Shown here: one piece after another, positions 39,501 to 51,839 of the stretch
How the letters are laid out: each line of letters starts with the position of its first letter
How positions within the stretch are numbered: the first letter of the stretch is position 1
Source: Callorhinchus milii
Taxonomy: Eukaryota
Length of the DNA stretch: 64,000 nucleotides
Direction of reading: 5' to 3'
NCBI RefSeq assembly: GCF_018977255.1
Contig: NW_024704742.1
Coordinates: forward strand, 77,874,001 to 77,938,000
Notes under the pieces: model-generated
What the model was told of the DNA's origin: nothing
Database searches by the model: none
What the model saw: only the letters and a program-made list of their open reading frames with translations
Made by a program: the position numbers and the translations under genes

Positions 39501-42500
39501 CCTGGATTTCAGGGGGACGAGAGAGTTGAAGTTGGAGGAAAGGTGATCATGGAGCAGCTGGACGGCTGCTTCAGGATCTCCGTGGGTGAAACAACAACAA
39601 CAACTTGGATTTATATAGTGCTCTCCACGCCGGAGGAGAGTGCCAGAGTCTCAGAGCGCCAGAAGAATAGGATATTTGATGATGTGAGGGCCTTTGTGAG
39701 GGTCTCAGGGGGTTGCCTTTTCCATGGGCCGTAGAGAATGGTAGAGGGCTTGGAGGAGAGAGGGATGTGAGAGAAGGAGATGAGGGAGTGGTCCGAGATG
39801 GCCTTGTCCACTATGCTAAGGTCGGAAATGTCAAGGCCGTGGTGATAACGAGGTCGAGGGCATGGCCACAATTGTGGGTTGGTGAATTTATGTGAAGGGT
39901 GAGGTTTAGGGAGGAGAGGAGGGCAGTGAAGTCGGAGGAAGTGGTGCAAGGAAAGTTTAGGTGGAGGTTGAAATCGCCCATTATGAGCAGGCGTTCGGAG
40001 CAGAGGGACAGGGAAGAGAGGAGAGTAGAGATGTCTGTGGAAGAAGCTGGGGGGCTTATGGGGGCGGTAGACCAGGAGGATTTTCAGTGGAAGAAAGGGA
40101 TGGGAGAGGGTGAGGTGCTCGAAGGAGGGGAAGCAGCCAGAGGAGTAGGGGGTGAGACCGAGAAAGGCTTTGGAGATGAGGGCCACCCCGCCGCCAACTT
40201 GGTTTGGACGGGGGGTGTGGTGGAAGGTGTAGCCTGGAGGGGAGGCTTCCACTAGGGGGATAGGGTCATTGGAGGAGAGCCAGGTTTCGGTGAGCCCAAG
40301 AATGTCAAGGTGCTTGTCCAGGATGAGGTCATGGATGGTGAAGGCTTTGTTTGAGAGGGAACGGACAATTTGGAGGGAAATGCGGGTGGGTTTGCTGGAG
40401 GGAGGAGAGAGTAATGCGGAGAGGATTTTAGGATGTACAGGGGAGATGGTTGTGGAGAGTGGTGTGAGTAGAGAGTTGGGGAGGGTACGTATGGGGAGGG
40501 GGATGTTGTGTTTGCCTTAAGGAGGCGGTTTGAGAGGAGGGAGTGAATGATTGGACAGTTGGGGTTGCTGCTCTGGGACAGCCAGGCGGACACCCAACTC
40601 TACCTCTCTGCTTCCACTCTTGACTCCAGGACCACTGCTGACCTGACAGAATGTCTGTCAGACATCGTCCTGGATGAGAGCTGAATGTCAACAAGACTGA
40701 GGCTCTCCTGATTGTTTCCCGTCACACTTCCACATCTCAGGAACTGACAACATCACCATCCACGAATGCACACTCCACCTTACTAAGCCAGTCCAGAAAC
40801 TTGACGTCTTCTTTGACCCTCAACTATCTTTTCTTCTCCATATCCGTGCCATAATTCGCTCTGCCTTCCCCCATCTCTGCAACATCGCCTGGCTCCGCCA
40901 CTTTTTAACACCAAAGGCCGTCAAGACCCTCATACACGCACTCATAACATCCAGACTCAACTACGCTTGTCGGCCTCCCCAACTCCTCCCTCAATAGGCT
41001 GTAGATCACCTCTGCAGCTCGTATCCTCTCCCGCACCAGACTCTTAGCCCAACTCCACTGGCTTCCCATCACACAGAGGATACAGTTCAAGATTCTGATC
41101 CTCACTTTCAAAGCCCTCATGGCCTTGCTCCCCCCTACCTCTCCGACCTCCTAATCTCCTAGCAACCTGTTTGCTCCCTCTGCTCAGCGGGCTCCAGCCT
41201 GCTTCATGTCCCCTGCCTCACCCGCCCTACCATTGGCGGGCAGGCCTTCAGCCATTCTGCCCCACCCTCTAGAACTCCATCCCGCAGTTCCTCCAACTCG
41301 CCCGCTCCCTTGCCTCCTTCAAGACCCACCTCAAGTCCCTCCTTTTCGACCTTGTCTTCAATTGCCCTCCTTTCCCCCCATACCCAGACTTTGTCTGATA
41401 TTTTCATTTGATTCACAGATTTGAATAAAATAGTATTTCATATTCTTAAAATATATAATTTTCATACTTTGATTTGTATTTCTGCAGATACATTGTACAG
41501 TGAGTGACTTAAGCTGCTCGAAATGTATTCTACTCTTAAGTATTACCTCAAGTTTTTGGTTCAAGTGTCAGCTTGACTCACGTGGTAACACTCTCGCCTC
41601 TGACTCAGAAGTTTGTGGGTTCATGCCCCATGTCGGGACTTGGAACTCATATAGTCTAGGCCAGGGAGATTTCACCGATGTCCTGCCCAACAATCCCCCA
41701 AATAAAATTGGCTATTTGCTTTGTGGTTGTTTTGTGAGACATTTCTGCGTGGAACTTACCTGCCGTTTTATCCCACAAAAGAGCACAGCCAGTACATTTT
41801 GTAATGTATCCCTTGAAGTGCTTTGGTCGTGTTGTCACTCGTATTATATTGATTAACATAAATGATTTGAAATAAGTAGTTCCTGAAAAGTATTGAGTTA
41901 CTAAAAAATTTTATTTTGTATTTTTAGATCTTCAAGGTATTCAACATACTAGAATCACATGTATATTACGTTAAAGTGGTAAATGTGAGATTTTTAAATA
42001 AATCTCACAATTTAGACTGAAATTTCACCAATACCAAATCCATGTGTATAGAATAGATAGTTATGTGCACTTAGCATAATTTAGCTTTCAGCAGAGTGGA
42101 GTCCTGTAGCTCAGTGGTTAGAGCACTCGCTTTGCAAGCGAGAGACCTGAGTTCACTTCCAGGCACAGGGCGAAACCTTGGGCAAGTTTCCTTACTCCAC
42201 ACGCCTAATAATAATCCCTCCAAAAAACAAAACACAATAATAAATTGGTCATTTTCAATCTACGACTGTTTGTGGGACATTGCTGTGCGCAATTGGCTGC
42301 CGCGTTCGCCCACAAATATACGGTCAATTCACTTTACAGTATATTCTGTGAAGCGCTTTGGGACGTCCTCCCGACGTGAAAAGCGCTATATCAAATGCAA
42401 GGATTATTATTATTATAGTGCACTGATTTCATTTTTGGTTCAATCCCAAGTAACTCAACTAATTCTTTCAATTCCAGTTACCCGCTTTCTCCCCAAATCC

Positions 42501-45500
42501 CTTAATACCTACCAAAAATATATCAACCTTGAAGATGTGGATGGATCCAGGGAGAAAATTCCAGATTTCTACCACCCTTTGAGTGAGAAAATGCTTCCTG
42601 ATTTCACTCTTAAATGACCTGGTTCTAATATTAAGACTCTGCTCCATGTTTTGGATTTCCCCACCAGAGGAAATAGCTTCTCTGTATCTACTCTATCTAA
42701 TTCCTTCATCATCTTAAATACCTCAATCAAATCACCCCTCAACCTTCTAAACTCTGGGGAATACAATCCAAGTTTACGCAGCCTTTCCTTGTAACAACCC
42801 TTTTAGCCCTGGTAACATTCTGGTGAACCTGCGCTGTACCCCTCCAGGGCCAATATATCTTTCCTGAGGTGTGGTGCCCAAAACTGAACGCAGTCTCCGG
42901 ATGGGGTCTGACTAACGCTCTCTACGGCTGAAGCATCAATACTTCCCCTTTGTATTCCAGACCTCTTGAGATAAAAGCCAACATTCCATTCACCTTTTTG
43001 ATTACTTTTTGCACCCGGGAACTAGTTTTTAGTGATTTTTGGATATAGTCACCCAAATCTCTTTGCTCCTCCACAGTTCTTAATTTCTCTCCGTTAAGAA
43101 AATATTCTGTTTTACCTTTTTTCGGTCCATAGTGGATGACCTCACACTTCCCTACATTGTACTCCATCTGCCACAGCTTTGCCCACTCACTTAATCTGTC
43201 TAAGTCCCTTTGTAACTCCCTACTCCCATCTACACAATTAACTGAGCTTTCTAGCTTGGCGTTGTCAGCAAACATGGATATAAAACTTTCTATTCCTTCA
43301 TCCTAGTCATGTATATATGTGGCAAATAACTGGGATCCCAGTACAGACCTCTGGGGGACACCACTTATCACGTCCCGCCAATCAGAGAATGTTCCCTTTA
43401 TCCCTACTCTCTGTTTCCCGCCTCCCAACCAATTATCAAGCCACGTCACAAGGTTACTTCCGACTCCATGCACTTCTATTTTTGCTAATAATCTTTTGTG
43501 TGGAATCTTGTCAAATGCCTTCTAAAAGTCCATATGAATGACATCCATAGACACTCTCTTATCCACCATTTTAGTGACCTCCTCAAACAATTCAACTAGA
43601 TTAGTCAGACACTACCTACCCTTCACAAACCCATGCTGACTCTCTTTGACTAGCTCATACCTGTCCAAGTGTTCAGTCACTCTGTCCCTGATGATGGATT
43701 CCAGTATTTTCCCTACACCTGATGTCAAACTGACAGGTCTGTAGTTTCCTGGTTTCTCTCTTCCTCCCTTCTTAAATAAAGGGGTGACATTCACAATTTT
43801 CCAATCTGCTGGCACAATTCCCAACTCTAGGGAGCTTTGAAAAATTATGACAAATCTGCAATTTCCTCTCCTATTACCTTTAACACCCTGGGGTGGAAAC
43901 TATCAGGTCCTGGGATTTGTCTATCTTGAGTCTCATTATTTTCTCCATTACCATATTTTTATTTATATTAATTTTATTAAAGGGGACTCCCTTTTTGCTC
44001 CTCTTATTACTTTCTTTGTATCCTTTTGATGCCTTTGTTAGTTCACCAAGTCCTCTGCATTCCCACTTTTTCTTGCATTTGAGTAAGCCTTTTCTTTTAG
44101 CTTGATGCAGTCTCTAACCTTTTTTGTCCACCATGATTGCTTAACTACACGATTGGAGCTTTTGCATTTTAGGGGTATGTACTTGGTCTATATTGTATCA
44201 AATACTTTTTTGAATACTTCCATTGTTCATCTGCAGGTTTACCCATTAACAGTTCAGCTCAGTTTACTGTGGTCAATATATTTCTCATCCCATCGACATT
44301 TGCCTTACTTAAATTTAAAACCTTGGTCCCTCTCAAATCCAATGTCAAATTCAATCATATTATGATCATTAGTTGCAAAATGTTCCCTTAGTGTCAGATT
44401 GTTAACCAGTTCTGGTTCATTACTCATCACCAAATCCAATATGGCTTGTTCCTTTGTTGGTTCTAACACATATTATTCCAAAAAAACTATCCTGAATGTT
44501 TTCTAGAAATTTGTTGTCTTTACTACCTGTTTCTCCCAGTCTATGTGAAAACTAAAATCTCCCATTATAACCACATTGCTTTTGCTACATGTTTCCCTGA
44601 TCTCTGTTTTTATACATTTCCCCACTACATCACAACTCTTTAGAGGTCTGTAGGCTACTCCCAACAGAGTCTTACCTCCTTTGCTGTTCCTGATTTCTAC
44701 CCACGGTGTTTCCACTGCCTGATCGCCCTTACTGAAATCTTTCCTTTCCACTGTTGTAACCGTGTCTTTTATCAATATTGCTACTCCTCCTCCTTTCCCA
44801 ATGTCCCTGTCTTTTCTAAAGATCTTATACAACAGCAACAGCTTGCATTTACGTAGCACCCTCCATGCAGGGTAGAGTCTCAGAGCGCTTGGCAGTGGCG
44901 GAGCCTGACTCCGAGCCGGGGGGAGGGGTGAGGTGGCCGTAACCACGGTCAAACAGGAAAGTTTTCAGGCGGGACTTGAAAGAGGGGAGAGAGGGGGCAA
45001 GGTGGAGGGATTGAGGGATAGTGGCTGAAAGCACGACCTCCGATGGTGAGACAGAGGGTGCAAGGAGTGAGCAAGAGGCCAGTGCCAGTCGAGCGGAGGC
45101 GCCGGGTGGTGGATTGGGGAATGAGGAGGTCGGAGAGGTAGGGAGGTGCAAGGGAGTGAAGGGATTTGAACACGAGCGTGAGGATCTTGAAGTCAGTTCG
45201 GTGATGGGGAGCCAGTGGAACCTGGTCAGAACTGGTGAGATGTGGGTACGGAGTTTGGTCCGGGCAGCAGAGTTAGAGCCTGCAATATTAGCTCCCAGTC
45301 CTGCCCAGCTTGTAACCAGGTCTCTGTAATGGCTAATACATCATACCCTTTAAGCTGAATTTGTGCTTCTAACTCAATTGTTTTATCTCTTATGCTACTT
45401 GCTTAGACATAAAACGTCCTCAGATCAGACTAACAGCGTTCTGCTACTCATTTTTAAAATGTAATTTTAAGATGTAGGAAATTAATGATTATTTTATTAA

Positions 45501-48500
45501 GGGTATCATTTTATTTGAAGTAAAACACATGAAATTCATGTTTAAAGTACTTTGATATAATATTAGCACCTTTCACTTAAAGTCTTGTTGGAAAAAAACA
45601 TATAAAATGAAATAGAAATGAATATTGAATACAGGACAAGATGAGTAACCAATTAATCTTACATGTTAAAAATAGAACTTTCTTCGTGGCTCAGCCATGT
45701 TCAGAGACTTGGTCGCTCAATCCACGACTGTTTGTGGCAATTGGCGCAATTGGCTGCCCCGTTTCACCCAAAAAAACAATCACGACACTTTCAAGTATAT
45801 CCTGTGAAGCGCCTTGAGACGTCTCGATGACATGATAAGACGCTATATCAAATGCAAGGATTATTATTTATTATCCCATCCACAGCTCGGGGCCAAACCC
45901 CTCTTTATTCTGCGCCTTAGGACATCCTCCCAACTTGAAAGGTGCTATATAAATGCAATTTGTTGTTTGTTGTTGGTGTAATGAAGAACAAGAACCTTAT
46001 CGAGAACATTACAATTTGTTCTTGTTTTGTGAAGCCCTTTGAGATGTTTCTCTACACAGGAAAGAAGCTACAGTATAGAAGTACAAGTTATTATTAAAAG
46101 GCTTATTATCTGTATGTTGGAGAAGGTAATTGTGTAGTTGTGCTCACTCTAGCAACAAATGTTGAATTGTTTGTCCTCTCTTTCAGCTAGAGAGACAGTT
46201 GTTGATGCAGAATGAAATGCGACAGAGGCAGGTAGCAATGCAGATCGCATGGTCCCGTGAGTTTCTGAAGTACTTTGGAACATTTTACGGATTTGCAACC
46301 GTTGGCTTAACAGCAAGGTATACAGATTCTTTTTTTCTAACTCCAAAAGGATATTATTACAAATAATTTGTTGTATCATAAAATGATTCTTTAGTAATAT
46401 ACTCTATTTCGTATACTCACAAATATATATTAATATATCATAAAATGACTCTCTAGTAATATGCTCTCTTTAATATACTCCAAATTCTTTAAAAAACGGT
46501 CACTCAACCACGATTGTTTGTGCTCACAAAACTGTGGGCAATTGGCTGCCGTGTTTTGCCCACAAAATACACATTCAATCCACTTTATATACTGTGAAGT
46601 GCTTTGACGGGTCTCAACGACGTGATAAGATGCTATATTGAATCAAGGATTAGCATTATTATTACTATTATTATTGAATACAACTGATCTAGCAGGATCG
46701 CAGCCACGCTCAATGGTTTATCACCTGGTACAGGCAGTTATAACATCATCAGTTTTTTTTAATGAATTTAAAATTGATAAAAGAATGAGTGAAAAGAGTA
46801 CGTCTTGTCCACATTCAGCTGAAGGAAGTTTGCACTCATCCAAAAGAACCCAGTAGAGCGGAGGCAGTGGGTACCTCTGCGGGGAGAGAGGAGGTGAGAG
46901 AGATGGGGGTGTGCCAAGGAATGGAGGGATTTAAACACTAGAATAAGGATCTTGAAGTCGATCTACTCTGTGACAGGGAGCCAGTGGAGTTTTGAAAAGA
47001 GGGGAGGTGACCCAAATACATGTTGTTGTTTTTGCCACATTCACCTACAAATATATAGTTACTACACTATGAAGCACTATGAGATGTTCTTAACATTATA
47101 TGTCAGATGGAAAGATTATTATTATATTCCTAAACCATTTCACACAGCTTAATTGGAAAATTCTGTGCTATTTCAGAAATTATACTTTAAAATATCTTTA
47201 ATATCATACTGTAGTAATTTACTATTACAACTACAACAACAATAACATGCATTTATATAGTGCCCTTCACATAGATAGTGTCTCAGCTTGGTTTGGATAC
47301 TCTTAAGCATGGTGATGGGTTTCCACATGTGTCAGACACCCGGTAGACCAAAATAAAGTGTCTTGGAAAGATTCACAATGATAGGGTCTGATAAAATAAT
47401 ACTAATTGTAATTATTATTAATAATTATTAACAATTGTTGCATTTGGTATAGTGCCCTTCATGTCAGCAGGACATCTCAAAATGCTTCACAGGATTCATT
47501 TAAAATGGAGTGACAGTATATTTGTAGGTGAACACCACATCCCAAATGCGAACAACAACAACAAATTCTACTTGTATAGCACCTTTCGCATCGTAAAGAT
47601 GTCACAGGGTGCTGGACGGTCAGGGGATTTCTGACCAGAGCTGGGAGTTGGGGTCAGACGGAGTGGAGGGCAGGGGTATTGGGGGTCCCACAAACAACCA
47701 TGAAAAGAATGACCAATTTTAGTTTGGAGGAATTGTCGGCCAGGACACTGGGAGAAACTCCCTTTTTTCAAAAAGTGCAATGGGATGTTTAACACTCACC
47801 TGGACAGGAAGACGCGACTTAAGTTTAATGTCTCATCCAAAGAACGGCACCTCCGGCGATGAATACACCCCCAGTATTGAGTGTCAACTGACTCAAATCC
47901 TGACATGGGGCTTGAACCCATAACTTTCTGACCCAGAGGCGGGAGTGCTGCCAACTTAGCCAGGCTGATACACCAGTTCCTGAAGAAGGGAGAGGGAGAA
48001 ATAAGGGGACTATAGGCACCTTTGAAGAGGTAGGTTTTTAAGGCTGTATTTAAAGATAATAATCCTTGCATTTGATATAGCACTCATCATGCCTTCGAGA
48101 AGTCTCGAAGCGATTCACAGAATATACTGTAAAGTGAATTGACTGTATATTTTGTGGGTGAAATGTGGCAGCCAATTGCGCACAGCAGTGTCCCATAAAC
48201 AGATAAACAGAGAGGGGTTGAGACAGAGGATTAGAGCGAGGGAGTTATAGAGATTATGAGCAATAGTAGCTGAACGAGTGTTGTGTAGATAATGTTCATA
48301 GTCAGTATATATAGTCACCTCTTTTAAAAGTAAGTTTTACATTGAATATATCTTTGCAAGCCAAGAAAGAGTAATTCTTCCACTTTTTTTTGTAGAGCTG
48401 TGAAGGGGAAGAGTCCAGGGTTTCTTGCCCCTATTATCCCCCTCAGCATCATTCTAGTCTACCAATATGACATGGCTTATGGCACTCTAATGACAAGAAT

Positions 48501-49698
48501 GAAAGGTAAAGTACATGGAATATATCTTTAATCTTTATGTGTTTACCCAATTTCCTGTTAAATCTTGTAACTGGCTCGATTTCAAACCAATCATTGTAAC
48601 TCATTTCACACTCAATAGCTCTTTGTATCAAAACAGTTCTTGTCATCTCTTCCTTTACGCTTCTCACAATGGTTTTAAATTTATGCCCCTTTCATAGCCA
48701 ATTCATCAACCAGTTAAAATCATTTGACATTCTCAAACCTTTTTATAATTTTGAACATGTCTGTTTCTTCCCTTTTAATCTTGTTTCCAATAAATAAGTT
48801 CCCAGTTTTTAAGGCTTCCATCAAACTATTTTCTCTTATCCCCGATATTATCTAAGTGAATTTATATGGTAACTCTGATGTTCTTTCTATAATGGGCCAC
48901 CCAAAATATACTCCAGCTGTGGCACATGTGCAGATTCAATATCATGTCCTATTTTTGTATTCATTGCTTCAGTATGTAATTCCAAGTATTCCTTTTTCCT
49001 TAACCTGAGGTTTTTTTATTATAGTTGTGAAGTGAGCACTCTGCTGGAACCTGGTTCAATTGAGAGATGGTTTCAGCAGGAATTGGTTAAACTCCAAAAG
49101 TACCCCAACCCGGGGCTCCCCAAACATTGGCTCTCACAACGAATATTCCCTGGAAGTAAGTGGGGTGCGACCCTCCAGAGAGTGTCCATTCCATTCCAAA
49201 CACAGAGAAATTTCCATGTGAAGCTGGCATACATGTATGGAACTCTGGTAGGTTTAGATAATATTAAGCATGCTAACAGTTTTCAACATGCCCCTTCCCC
49301 TCCCATAGACGATAAACACAATTTCTTACCAAGTTTGATTAAAAAAACCTATAAAAGTTGCATTCCTGACTACAGAAGCTGCTTTACAGCCAGCAATTTG
49401 CTTTCTGATCTTTTTTTTCTTAGCATATCTATGTGAATCCATATTTATGTCATCCTCTGAATTTACTTTCAAACAAAGAGTTTTCTATAATTTACAATGC
49501 TCCTTTTGCATTCAACCCATCTATAATATTTCTGGCAATACAATGCACACGTTTTCCTTTGTGTTTTATTTTCTAGATGAGGCAGAGAATATTATCGATA
49601 CAGAAAAGGCAAAACTGGAGATGCCAAAGGGAGTGCCAACTTTTGAAAGCATTGAGAAAGCCAGGAGGGCTCGGAGCACATTTTTCATTGAGAAATAG
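17107..49698 (+). CDS. PLGRKT: Plasminogen receptor (KT), spliced CDS join(17107..17187,46187..46317,48396..48505,49577..49698), 147 aa
   Basis: Manual splicing at GT/AG sites gives 81+131+110+122=444 nt: [147 protein letters not shown]. Recognised from memory as similar to human PLGRKT (MGFIFSKSM...[17 protein letters not shown]...[18 protein letters not shown]). Length and C-terminal Lys match. Confidence 0.96.
18127..18385 (-). mobile_element. Short L2 3'-end fragment
   Basis: Matches the tails at 29600-29845 and 60228-60490. Confidence 0.82.
19422..19930 (+). mobile_element. Old Deu-domain-type SINE with a different tRNA head
   Basis: Head gtcagcctggctc...ggtagcactcttgcatct...gggttcaagcccc. 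Central ctgcctgttcgggtggatgttaaagatcccatggc and ttgctgtatgcaaattggctgcc resemble the DeuSINE domain as I recall it. Confidence 0.75.
20427..20960 (-). mobile_element. L2 5' portion (leader + start of endonuclease)
   Basis: ISLQNV and downstream endonuclease-start sequence. Close inverted match to 22915-23037 plus 23539-23965. Confidence 0.82.
21400..21770 (+). mobile_element. tRNA-derived SINE, older subfamily
   Basis: gtcctgtagctcagtggttagagc head, gatcgctttt segment, core and tail. Confidence 0.8.
22912..24560 (+). mobile_element. Internally deleted L2 copy with a second L2 3' end nested at 23038-23538
   Basis: Host sequence resumes after the insert with GATATCC duplicated (23031-23037 and 23539-23545). 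The insert ends in (TTG)n. Confidence 0.85.
24748..24870. mobile_element. Short inverted-repeat relic, possibly derived from a Penelope-like element
   Basis: gcaggtcaagcagcatct (about 24776-24793) and agatgctgcctgacctgc (about 24848-24865) are near reverse complements. The sequence resembles a common shark repeat as I recall it. Confidence 0.5.
28200..28607 (-). mobile_element. Old Deu-domain-type SINE
   Basis: Reverse complement of the 19422-type head and central domain. Further partial copies lie at about 13628-13940, 17745-18010, 31285-31625, 32855-33160, 37395-37530, 41565-41850 (+) and 47690-47970 (-). Confidence 0.75.
29213..29845 (+). mobile_element. Relatively young L2 3' end
   Basis: [35 protein letters not shown]...[14 protein letters not shown], plus tail. 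Confidence 0.9.
33339..33677 (-). mobile_element. tRNA-derived SINE, related older subfamily with an internal (TA)n tract
   Basis: Head gtggagtcccgtagtatagtggttatagc on the minus strand, an extra gttgttagtagattggcggatcgctttcc segment, same core and tail. Confidence 0.82.
34888..35839 (-). mobile_element. CR1 LINE 3' end inserted into a SINE
   Basis: [18 protein letters not shown]...[12 protein letters not shown]...[14 protein letters not shown]...SYEERL. The host SINE text tacagtca|attcactttacag is split around it. Confidence 0.9.
38500..41385. mobile_element. Cluster of rearranged L2 fragments (+ 38500-39130, - 39140-40590, + 40600-41385)
   Basis: [16 protein letters not shown]...[12 protein letters not shown] on +; [11 protein letters not shown]...GGGVA...SDHSLI on -; RT C-terminal and 3' remnants on +. 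Confidence 0.82.
42096..42416 (+). mobile_element. Young tRNA-derived SINE
   Basis: Same family, full length. Confidence 0.92.
42430..45430 (-). mobile_element. Degenerate CR1 LINE (endonuclease + RT) with an L2 3' end nested at about 44830-45268
   Basis: RKDR...[36 protein letters not shown]...NYRPVSLTS...[25 protein letters not shown]. Confidence 0.9.
46187..46317 (+). CDS. PLGRKT: PLGRKT coding exon 2
   Basis: Acceptor ttgtcctctctttcag, encodes [43 protein letters not shown], donor AAG|gtatac, phase 0 to 2. Confidence 0.96.
48396..48505 (+). CDS. PLGRKT: PLGRKT coding exon 3
   Basis: Acceptor ttttttttgtag, encodes (R)[36 protein letters not shown] including a hydrophobic segment, donor AAG|gtaaag, phase 2 to 1. 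Confidence 0.95.
49577..49698 (+). CDS. PLGRKT: PLGRKT last coding exon
   Basis: Acceptor ttttattttctag, encodes (D)[39 protein letters not shown] followed by TAG. Confidence 0.96.
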
Positions 49699-50080
49699 AA
49701 GGCAAACACAAAAAGAAATGGGACGTAAGTCAAGAAATCAAGGATGAAGGAAGAAAGGAATTCTGACAACCGAATGTCCACATTCATATATTTTACCTCC
49801 TAAATGATGTGCAAGATTTGCACTCTTGTACATGTTAAATAGAGCTTTGCCTTTGAAGTGACAGTGTGCCTTTTAATTATTTTGCTTTCCTCTTTATTTA
49901 TGCTCTTTTGGATCATTCACATCGCAAATTCTTCATCCCCACACCCCCACCATCCCCGTGCGTGAATCAAGCACAAAATTGTTGTTTGACTACAGTAAAA
50001 AGATGCTTTACATTTGTTCCTGGCCGCCCTGGGTTGTATTGCCATCTGCAGATCGTACACAGTTTCACAGCACAATGAAG

Positions 50081-50407
50081 AATAAAAGACTTGATCGGAG
50101 ACGATGTATTCACCATGAACATTTAGCGAACATTTCACACCCCTGGCGCTATATCATATGCATGAATTCTTATTACTTGTAAAGTCCACAACTGGCTGCA
50201 GAATGCAACAAGAACCAAACATGATATAATCAACTAAATGTACAAAATATTTTATAGAGTTATCAGAAAATACAATTTAGTGAGGGGCTGTTGGATTTTT
50301 TGACTTTAAATATATTTACCCCGCTACCCCTTCACCCCCCACCCACCCCACCATGAAAGGTGTGTTGACCTGGCTACTACATATTATCCCTGAAATTTAA
50401 TAATAAA
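50081..50407 (+). terminator. Candidate PLGRKT polyadenylation signals (AATAAA at 50081-50086 and 50402-50407)
   Basis: Hexamers in AT-rich unique sequence 0.4-0.7 kb after the stop codon and before the next repeat. Confidence 0.5.
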
Positions 50408-50542
50408 ATATATATTTCAAATAGTGCCTATACAACTCAAAATGTTTTACAGGATTTATTGTAAAATGTAGTGACTGTGACAGTCATATATAGCTACCAA
50501 TTTGCAAACAGCAACGTCCTATAAATAGCTGTGAAGTGAATG

Positions 50543-51145
50543 ACAACAACAGCTTGCATTTACAGAGCACCCTCCACGCAGGGTAGCGTCTTAAGCGCAC
50601 ATAAAAGTGACGGAGCCTGACTCCAAGCTGGGGGAGAGGCGGGGGGGTGGGGGGGAAGTGACCGTAAGCATGGTCGAAAAGGAAGGTTTGCAGACCGGGC
50701 TTGACAAAGGGGCGAGAGTGGGCAAGGTAGGGGGATTGAGAGAGAGTGTTCCACAGTTTCAGGGCGTAATGGCTGCAAATGTGACCTACAATGGTAGAGT
50801 GGAGGGTGCAAGAGACAAGCTGGAGGCAGGTGCCAGTCAAGGGGGTAGATTGGGGAGTGAGGAGGTCGGAGAGGTATGGAAGTGCCAGGGAGTGAATGGA
50901 TTTGAACACGAGCGTGAGGATCTTGAAGTCAATCCGTTCGGTGATGGGGAGCCAGCGGAGTCTGGTCAGAACTGGTGAGATGGGGGTACGGAGTTTGGTC
51001 CGGGTCAGTATGTGCAATACTTACTATATTCAGGTCAGGTGGGTTTGGGCTGCATTTGGGGTAAGGTACAGTCGGAGGCGGGCACGGTGGAGAAAGCAAG
51101 CGCCCTGGTCAGGGACCAGAGGTGGGTGAGGAAGGACAGCTGGAG
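50543..51145 (-). mobile_element. L2 3' end between the PLGRKT 3' UTR and the relaxin promoter
   Basis: LTRTKLRTPISPVLTRLRWLPITERIDFKIL. Same subfamily as 7730-8620 and 44830-45268. Confidence 0.87.
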
Positions 51146-51324
51146 ATGGAAGCAGATGCTTCAGATTGCGCACCGCGCTCTTCATTCATTTCCTAATCTT
51201 ACAGTGAAAGTTCAGGGGAATAAATGAGCAGCAGAAAGCTCGTCGGTGCGTCTGATCCGAGGAGCAGCAAAGTCTCCGAGGTCATCAGAGGTGAGGGATG
51301 GGGTGAGGTACAGACACTCAGTGG

Positions 51325-51359
51325 TGAGTCAGAGCGAAGGAGCGAGTTGGCTATAAAAA
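51325..51359 (+). promoter_or_regulatory. Relaxin core promoter: TATA box (TATAAAA 51352-51358) and AP-1-type site (TGAGTCA 51325-51331)
   Basis: Consensus ctataaaaag about 300 nt upstream of the ATG with no intervening ATG. Perfect TGAGTCA about 20 nt upstream of the TATA box. Confidence 0.7.
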
Positions 51360-51473
51360 GAGGGGCGACAGAGCAGATCAACACAGAGCGACAGAGGAGG
51401 TTACAGTCAGACCTGGTGCCTGAGCAGAGCGAGAGGAGCACACACTCCAGTTACCGTGAGGGACTCTCCCCCC

Positions 51474-51626
51474 ATTACTACCACCAACACCAACAACACC
51501 ACCAACAACACTACCACCACCAACACCACCAACACCACCACCACCAACACCAACACCAACACCACCAACACCAACACCACCAACACCAACACCACCAACA
51601 CCACCACCACCACCACCACCACCACC
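51474..51626. repeat. (ACC/AAC)n trinucleotide repeat in the predicted relaxin 5' UTR
   Basis: Directly visible between the TATA box and the ATG. Confidence 0.95.
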
Positions 51627-51652
51627 GTGAGGCTGAGCACCTGTGAGCCGAG

Positions 51653-51839
51653 ATGAAGTGTCTGGTGTGCGTCCTGACCGTCGGGATGTTCCTCTCCTCC
51701 CTTCCCGGCTCTGTGTTATCTCAGACCAACAAGGGCACGGGGTATGGGGTGAAGCTGTGCGGAAGGGACTTCATCCGAGCGATCATCTACACCTGCGGAG
51801 GGTCGCGCTGGAGAAGGCTCTCAGACGATCAGGACTATG
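51653..51839 (+). CDS. RLN: Relaxin coding exon 1 (signal peptide + B chain)
   Basis: [20 protein letters not shown] motif, donor ATG|gtaagt at 51840. Confidence 0.95.

Noticed and set aside
51224..51646. 140-aa ORF ending in poly-His/Gln
   Set aside because: It starts upstream of the TATA box and its tail is the ACC/AAC repeat. No support as a protein.
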